From the human T2T-CHM13v2.0 reference genome, Homo sapiens: 64,000 nucleotides of DNA. Below, piece by piece: positions 43,708 through 64,000 of this stretch; position 1 is the stretch's first letter, and each line of letters starts with the position of its first letter. The stretch lies in assembly GCF_009914755.1 (NCBI RefSeq), contig NC_060940.1, one strand, 5' to 3'. The notes beneath the pieces were generated by a model, which saw only the letters and a program-made list of their open reading frames with translations, searched no databases and was not told the DNA's origin. Position numbers and translations under genes: made by a program.

Positions 43708-46205
43708 TCAAGGGAGTGACCCACAACATCAGGAGTTGAGCCGTATGAGCGCTGGCGGCCTTCAAGGCAACAATGAAGACAGCGCTGGTCATCCTGTGTG
43801 GTGTGTCCAGGAGACCTAGGGGCACACGCCCGCCTGGGGGTCTGAGGAAGCCATGGGGGGTGGTGAGGATGAAGAAAACGAGGATGGGCAGGCTGAACAG
43901 AGGGGCGATTTTGCTTGTTGGTGATCAGGATGAGGGAGCAGAGCAAAGTGGGAGAAGGAAGGCACTAGAGAGAGAACAGAGAATTAGGCAGAACCAAAAT
44001 TTAGTATTGTGGGGGATGGGGGTGGAGGGAAAAAAACGAACGTGGTTTTGCTTTTCTTCCTTTCACACCTACAGAAAACCTGTTTTTGTATTGAATTGCT
44101 TCTTCTTAAAGACCAGCATCAACCTGATCATGCTCCCCACCATGTGAAACGGAATGGGCACGCCACGATAAGTAGTAATGAGCCTTTTCGGCAGCCTTCT
44201 GTTTTAACAAAAAAACGCTGCTGTTTGGCATTGAAGTTTGCTTGTGTTTAAGCTCGCGGTGGAACAGCCTAGGACCCCTCTCTGTTTGTAACCTGGCTTT
44301 ATAATTTTGTTATTATTTAAAGCCTCCCTTTCAGCGATTTTTTAAAACCAAAATATATGCTGGCTAATGTCATCTGGAAACTGAAAGTCGATGTTCAGCA
44401 ACTCTCACTCGCCAATCCTACAACTTGGTAAGGATTTTTATTTTGGTCGTACTGAGCTTACTGTAACTGGGGCGGCTGAGTTGCTATGGTAATTTGTTCT
44501 CAGAACAGAGCACTTTGCTGCAATGCATGGAAACAGCAGATAAATCTACTTTATGTTGACTTGATTGTGACATTAATTCTAGTTGAAACATCCTCCATGC
44601 TCCCATCAGGACTCATGTATAAGAATTTTAAATTGGAGCCAAGAAGGCATTGGCTAAAAGAATTGCAACTTCGGCTGTTTAAACCCAGGCCTTCACAATT
44701 CATGCAACTGAAGGCTGTTGGCTCACAGCCTAGAGCGCTGCCCCGGGGGCGGCTTGCAGCTGGGGGAAGGTTCATCACTGAGGCAATTATGTGGTTAATT
44801 GCTCCAGTGTGGGCTTGGGCTGAGAGTTGTGACTCATGCCGCCCTCTGTCACTAATAGATGGGGGTAGGGGGTAGAGTGGACAGGACTCAAGGACTTACT
44901 GAAAACTCAGCTGCCTTTTCCCTTTCCTCTTGCAAATAAATCTGTAACTCACTAACATCTGCCCTGGAGATGTGGGAGGAAGGTAGACCTCAACTCCAAG
45001 ACTTGGTGCTCCCGGCCTCCATTGGTAGGGGTCCCCATTAAGTCCCACGTCCTGAACTACACTGGAGCCCTCGGACACTTTAAGGATCACTGCACTCCGA
45101 ATTGGGGTGTATCTTCCTCCAATTCTTGCCTAACCATGACAGAGGAGAGACAAAAACTAGATGCCTGACTTCGAGCATGACTCATTATAAACAAATAGAG
45201 GACAGATTGACTTCCTCTTATCAGAGCCCGAGTCTGCGCCCCAGGACACAGCATGAGTCAGACTTGAAGTCCCAAGTCTTGTTGGGAATTTTCCCCCTGA
45301 GAAAGAGGTAGATTTTTGAGTAGAGTTCTGTTGATTTCTTGAATATTATCAGTGACCCCATGTTAAGCCCTGGGCTTCTGCATCAGGTCACATCCCTTCG
45401 AAACCAATAGAGCTTCCAGAGTAAGGATAAAAATTGGCTGTGCTCACAAAGAAACTCATTTGGAATTGATAGAAATGTTTGTAATTTTAGCGGTGATGGT
45501 TTTGCAATGTATAGATGTCAAAATCATAAAAGCATACACTCAATATGTGCAGTGTATTGTATATAAATTATACTTCAAATATTTTTTAGAAGAAACATAG
45601 TTTAGCAGGAAAAAAAAAGATGTAGTAGGCACCTGCATTGAAATGAGAACTGAAGACATTGGTTGAATAAGTAAGTGGTTAAGGTAAAGAAACCGTAAAC
45701 GACTAACAGAATGCTAAAAATGCCTACACTTAGAAGAAGGGAAGATACAGACAGAATATTAGAAGAAGAAACTGAGTCATCCAGCAGCCAGAATGAAACA
45801 GGAGGGAATTTATAGGGAGTGACCCACAACACCAGGAGCTGAGCAGTATCAGCGTAGATAGCCTGGTGGCCTTTGACGCAACAATGAAGAGAGCACTGGT
45901 CATCCTGCGTGGTGGTTAATTATTATTATGATTTATCATGAAGTTCAGTGTTACCTCCTCCCTTCCCCATCCATACCGATCTATTGCTTGTATTTGGGTG
46001 CAAACACACACAGAGTACCTGCCTGAAGGGATCATGAGGTCACAGCATCCAATGCTGATCTCAGACTCCCAGAGTGTGTGTTAGTAGGTAACATTTATTT
46101 TTACTCAACTCCGTATTTCACTAGGTAAAAGGGAATGAAGGCAGTCGGGATAGGTGAAACCCAGGTTGTGACAAATTTGGAGGAGGGTGGGGGAGCTGTT
46201 GGGTA

Positions 46206-46936
<731 letters not shown>

Positions 46937-47631
46937 GTAGCAAAGGAAAAAGAAGCACCTTCAAGGTACCCCACCCCAGGCGGCCACAGGACAGGAGAAG
47001 GCTGTTTTTGCCTTCAGGTTTCAGCAAATTCAAGTTGAGTCAAGCCAACAGCATGACAGCATGCAAGAGCTGTGCCATTGGGCTGTGGCCACAAAACACA
47101 CACACGTGAAATGACTTAAAGCTTGGAAACCAGCACACCAGGGAGCAAATTAATTTAGGGAGAAATGAATACGTGTGTGCTTAGATGGCACAAAAGAAAG
47201 AACAAAGTCTTTCGGCAAGCCAGGTTAATCGAAGAGCAGGCAGCCATGAGGGTGGAGTGGCCCGGATTTTTTTTTTTAATGTAAATAACTTCAAGTGGGA
47301 AAATATGAACGTGTATCCATGCATGGACTTGCTTATGATCTTCTGAAAAGTACATGATCTCTCTCTATTTCAGATAAATGCCCTTAATGATGGGAAAGGA
47401 GGCTTTTCCTTCCTCTTGCTGTAGATATTCTGGAATATCTACTTCTGACTGCTAACCTTGCGGGAAAGGTCTTTCATTTTGACTGCTGACTTCATCCAAA
47501 AGGAATTAATTATTTCTTTCATTTTCCCTTCAGTCTCGGTGAGGCCAGCATTTTCCTGCTGCCATCTTTTGGCAAACAAATTCAACATACGCAAGTGATT
47601 TGGAGAATTTGCCATCTTAATAGGAGGGTCA

Positions 47632-47972
<341 letters not shown>

Positions 47973-49099
47973 TCAGTCACTGTCACTAAATCTGTATGTG
48001 TAGTGTTTGTGTGTGTGTATTTTTTGACCCTCTGGATTCTGTACCTATTTTGAAGGCGTGTCCTTGCCACAGTGGCTGATCTCACATGTCCTTAATTTCC
48101 AAAGACAGTCCCAAATTTTAACAATTCCTTTGACATCCCTCCATAAATATACATTCATACTTTGTAGGTCATTTTCTGCTATGTAAATATGATCTATCGG
48201 AAGAATGTTTCATTCAACAAGTGTTTTCTCTTGACATTCGGGGTCTTAAAAATTATTATTTGGAAAACAATGTCAGTTTATTCCACAAACATTCATGAAG
48301 CGTCTTCTGTGTGCCGGAAGAGAAAAGCCCAGCCCATAGTTTGGAGTTACAAGTTGTAGTTTTCTCCAAGTCTTAAAGAGTGCAAAAAGCAAAGCCAGCT
48401 TTTGTATTTGTAATGATGGAATTACAGTAAAGTACTCCTTAGATATATTTTTTTGAAAATAACACTCATTGCCTGGAAATGACCAAAGCGTCACAGCACT
48501 GTGATCTGTATTACAGAGTTCTGGGTGCTAAGAGCATAGGTTACAGGAGTTGTAAGAGTATACTTCTCCATGGCAGACTGCCAAGCAAGGGCTTATTTCA
48601 CATTTAATGCCTTGTAGGAAAAAGATAGCCCAAGTCGAACAGATGAGAAAGTTCAGTCGTCTTGAAAAGCAAAGAACCCATGTCCTCAGCTGTTCGGATC
48701 TTCAGGCTGTTCGCCGGTTTCGAGGAGTGGTGTCAGAGGGCAGTTTTGAAATGGGAGAAAAGGTTTATAAAAGGAAAGACATGTTCCAGGTAGATCTTTG
48801 TAATGTTTTCCTGAGAGCTGACCTGGAGAAGCTTTTGTGATGTGGTTTTTTGCTGGGGCTCCAAACCTTTGATGTATCCCTTCAAACTGAGTCTTCCATC
48901 TGTAGTCCAGATTTGAGCTTCCGGCATTTCCTCTAGTTTATCATCTTGTTTCTTTTATCATACACTACTGTTTGTTTAAGATAGGTGTTTTTGTTTTTAA
49001 TTGGGCCACTAGTGCCTAGAATCAGAATAATTATAATTATTGGTTTATCAAACACATCACGGACCCATGCATGACCTGCTCTCATTCATTTAGTTCGTC

Positions 49100-49420
49100 A
49101 TTTTTATTTATTTTTTATTTATTTTATTTTATTTTATTTTTTTGAGACAGATTCTCGCTCTGTCACCCAGGCTAGAGTGCAATAGTATCTCAGCTCACTG
49201 CAACTTCCGCCTCCCGGGTTCAAACGATTCTTCCGCCTCAGCCTCCTGAGTAGCCGAGGTTACAGGCTCCCACCATCACACTCGGCTAAATTTGTGTTTT
49301 TAGGAGAGACGGGGTTTCACTATGTTGGCCAGGTTGGTCTCAAACTCGTGACCTCGTGATCTGCCCGCCTCGGCCTCCCAAAGTGCTGGGATTACAGGCA
49401 TGAGCCACCACGCCCAGCCC
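49100..49420 (-). mobile_element. AluS
   Basis: TSD ctcattcatt. Confidence 0.95.
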
Positions 49421-49436
49421 TCATTCATTCTATATA

Positions 49437-58105
<8,669 letters not shown>

Positions 58106-58109
58106 ACAA

Positions 58110-59960
<1,851 letters not shown>

Positions 59961-61141
59961 TTTCCAATCTTTTTGGATCTGGGATTCCCATCCTAGCTTT
60001 CCATATTCCTCATAACTTATAACCTCGTGTTTCTTTTATTTCTTTCTATATTTTGCTTGTTTAAAGATAATTTTTAATTAGAGCTTATTTATTTAAATTT
60101 AAATAAATTAGAAACTATTCTGAAAATATTTATAAATTATACATAATTTAAAAATATAAGCAGTTACAATCATAGTAGTAATGTCAAACAAATGATACTA
60201 AATCAACTTTTATTTGCTCCTCATCATTTTCTCCCTAATATGTAGGGCAGTTTGATAAGATGCTTTGGGTTAGGTTACCAGAATAGTCCCAGGGTTACAC
60301 AACATTAGAGCTAGAAGAAGCTTTAGAGATAACGTTGAGGAACCTAAAGCCTATTCATTCAACAAATATTAACCGAGAACCAACTTTGTGCTAGGTATTG
60401 TATTAGACCCTAACAATATGGTACAGAGTAAGTCAGACAAGATCTAAGCTTTCCTAGAGTTACTTTCTCATCAGGGGAGAGAACAAGGAGACAAGCAGGA
60501 TTGTTTGTACAGATTGTTTTAAGCACAGTGAAGAAAATAGGATGATGTAAAAGAGAAAGAAAAACTGCAAAAGCCATTTTCCTCAGGCCTCTTTTATTCT
60601 TGTTTGCCTTCCTGAAAGTGATGCTGAATAATACAGCAGCCTACAACCAGTCCACCCTTCCATTTTGAGAAACCAAGTTGCGGGTGGCGGGGGCACAGGG
60701 AACAGACACCTCACACAACTGGTTAAGTCACTATCTGGGTATGTCTGCCAAAGCCGGCAGCCCAGACCCCACACCAAAGCTACAGGAACATGAGGGATAA
60801 GAGCTGACGTTCTCTGTCTGAAAACGCAAGGGTGGATAAGCTCTGTGATCCGGTGGCATCTGGCACAACCTCACTGATCACCTCCTCTGCACCAGAATCT
60901 TATGCTGGGTGCCAGGGCTACCCAAGATGAAACAGTTAATGGTCCCGCCCTCAGTACCATGGGGAACATACTGATGCTTTCAAAGCAACATGGACATACC
61001 ATGATCAGAGTTCACTGAGAAGAGAGAGGGGATTATCTAAGTCTTGGGAGTCAGGGGAGGCTCCCTGGAAGAAGCAGTGCCTAATGTAACAGTTTATACT
61101 GCCATCAACAGCAGAGAGCCAGAGAGCTGGTGGGGAGCTAG

Positions 61142-61492
<351 letters not shown>

Positions 61493-62432
61493 CAGTTCGT
61501 ATCTTAAATTCCCCACCCAACCAAAGCATGTGTGTTGTCATTTGTAAAATGGGAATAGTAGTACAGAGAACCTAAGTTTATTAGGAAAACAAAATAAAAT
61601 GATCTGTGTAGAGCACTTACTTAGTTCTTGGTGAATTCATCGCCTGATCAACTCACAGAAAATCAATGTGCAGAAATCCAGTTTGCCAAATGACCTATAT
61701 ACTGAATTTGCCAAAGTTACTGAGTAGCTTTCACTGGGATATTCAAGTTGGTTTCTGACTGTGAGATATACTTTCCTGGGCACTAATTAAAAACAATTGA
61801 TAATGCAATCGTTGGCAAATGGATCTTATAAAATGATACTTTTAAAAATGTGACAAAGTCGGAATAAGCCTAAAATGAAGGGTTTTTTCATATGAAGTGC
61901 TGTATTTACCAAGCAAAATTTTAGCCTTTCATGTCAGATTTTCTTCAGTTTCTTCTAAATTCTTTTGTGATACTTTTGAATGTCTTTTTCTATCCTTCAA
62001 ACTATAAACATTTATAATAATCTTTTGCCAGTTCCTTTAATGACATATCAGGCTTAAATTTAAATGCATCAAATTTAAAATTGAATTTAGTTGGAATTCA
62101 GTGTTAAACATGTTAAATTTTAATGCAAAATGTCCCAAAGAAATCTGAAATTGTAAATTTAAAACCATACTAAAAATATCAGGACTAACTGAAATAACCC
62201 TTTCCTGAAAAATGCTGAAATTCTGGTTTCTAACAAGGATAATTTGGAATACATGAGTGAGAGAAAATTAATTTCATCGGAATGAATTATTATAATGAAT
62301 CATATTATTAGTACTTTATATCTGACATGCATTAACCATAAATAGGAATTTTAAAAGAAGCAATCAATAAAATCAACTTAAAAGCCTCTTAAGTTGCATA
62401 AACACCAAATGAGTGAACAAAGATCATGATCA

Positions 62433-62756
<324 letters not shown>

Positions 62757-63286
62757 GCAATTATTTTTAAAAATCAATGTAAACCATTTTACAATGTAGA
62801 TAATGAGTATGCAGACATTTGCTGTAAAATTTTTCAGTATGTCTAAAAATTGTAAATATGTTGGAGGAAAAAAGTTAACGTAAATCAAAAATTTTCTACA
62901 AGAAAGGCTAAAAATATATTCTTACTACCAATAACCAAAACTCAAAATTTCCTGTAAAGTTGTTAAACTTTCTAGTGAAAGCTATTAAAACTTTTGGCTT
63001 TAGAGAATAGGCAAACTGGGTAATTTTGGCCAACGGTTCATTCTGGAAAACTAATTCGATAAATTGGCTTTCAACAAATTAATTTCTGTCAGATTAATCC
63101 AGAGCTCAAAGAAGAGAATGCTCTCCTGGCAGAAGGAACTATGAAAGTAGACGTGGGAAGGAGGAAGCAACAGAATCCCAGGAACAGTGCCCAGCAACCC
63201 AGAGAGGAAAGAGAATACAGAGGTTCGGCAGGACCCAGGTCCTGGTGGGAATTATAGCCATAGCAGGCTTTTATAATACTGATTAG

Positions 63287-63693
<407 letters not shown>

Positions 63694-64000
63694 TTAGTTG
63701 TATTGTGGATTTTTTTCCTGATTATAAACATAACATGAACTCATCAAATTTGGACTATGGAGAAGAACATAGAAAAGAAAATAAAAACCATAATCCCATC
63801 ACTCAGACTTTTTTCTGTACATATTAATATGCCAGAATCTTCAGACATTACTGATTCTCCAGAAAGGTTGCAACCAACAATATGACGACCAGTGGCATGC
63901 GACTATCCAATGTCCCTGACGCTAGCCATGGATATGACTCAGACACTACCTTTCTTGACCCAGGAATACCATTTACCAGTGCTGACCATTACCCTAAAAA

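Overview
Human genomic DNA containing the complete ERCC4 (XPF/FANCQ) gene on the + strand. It has 11 coding exons (ATG 7405 to TGA 35585, 2751 nt, 916 aa), a CpG-island promoter and a ~4 kb 3'UTR. Intron 8 is GC-AG, and an antisense RPS26 processed pseudogene lies in intron 2. The flanks are repeat-rich: many Alus, LTRs, DNA transposons and a near-full-length old L1 interrupted by a MER11 LTR. The best unexplained structures are non-Alu fold-back elements in the ERCC4 transcript. (1) A gap-free 93-bp hairpin in the 3'UTR (35771-35971) whose 10 non-Watson-Crick positions are 8 G-U and 2 A-C on the mRNA strand. (2) A ~96%-identical 300-bp inverted duplication bracketing exon 5, apparently a templated insertion into an old Charlie transposon. 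Also seen: two further local duplications, a MADE1 element with an Alu in each arm (~730-bp palindrome), an AP-1 motif cluster and an apparent p.His868Arg difference from the reference protein as I recall it. Repeat subfamily names and comparisons to reference are from memory, not searches, and repeat boundaries are approximate.
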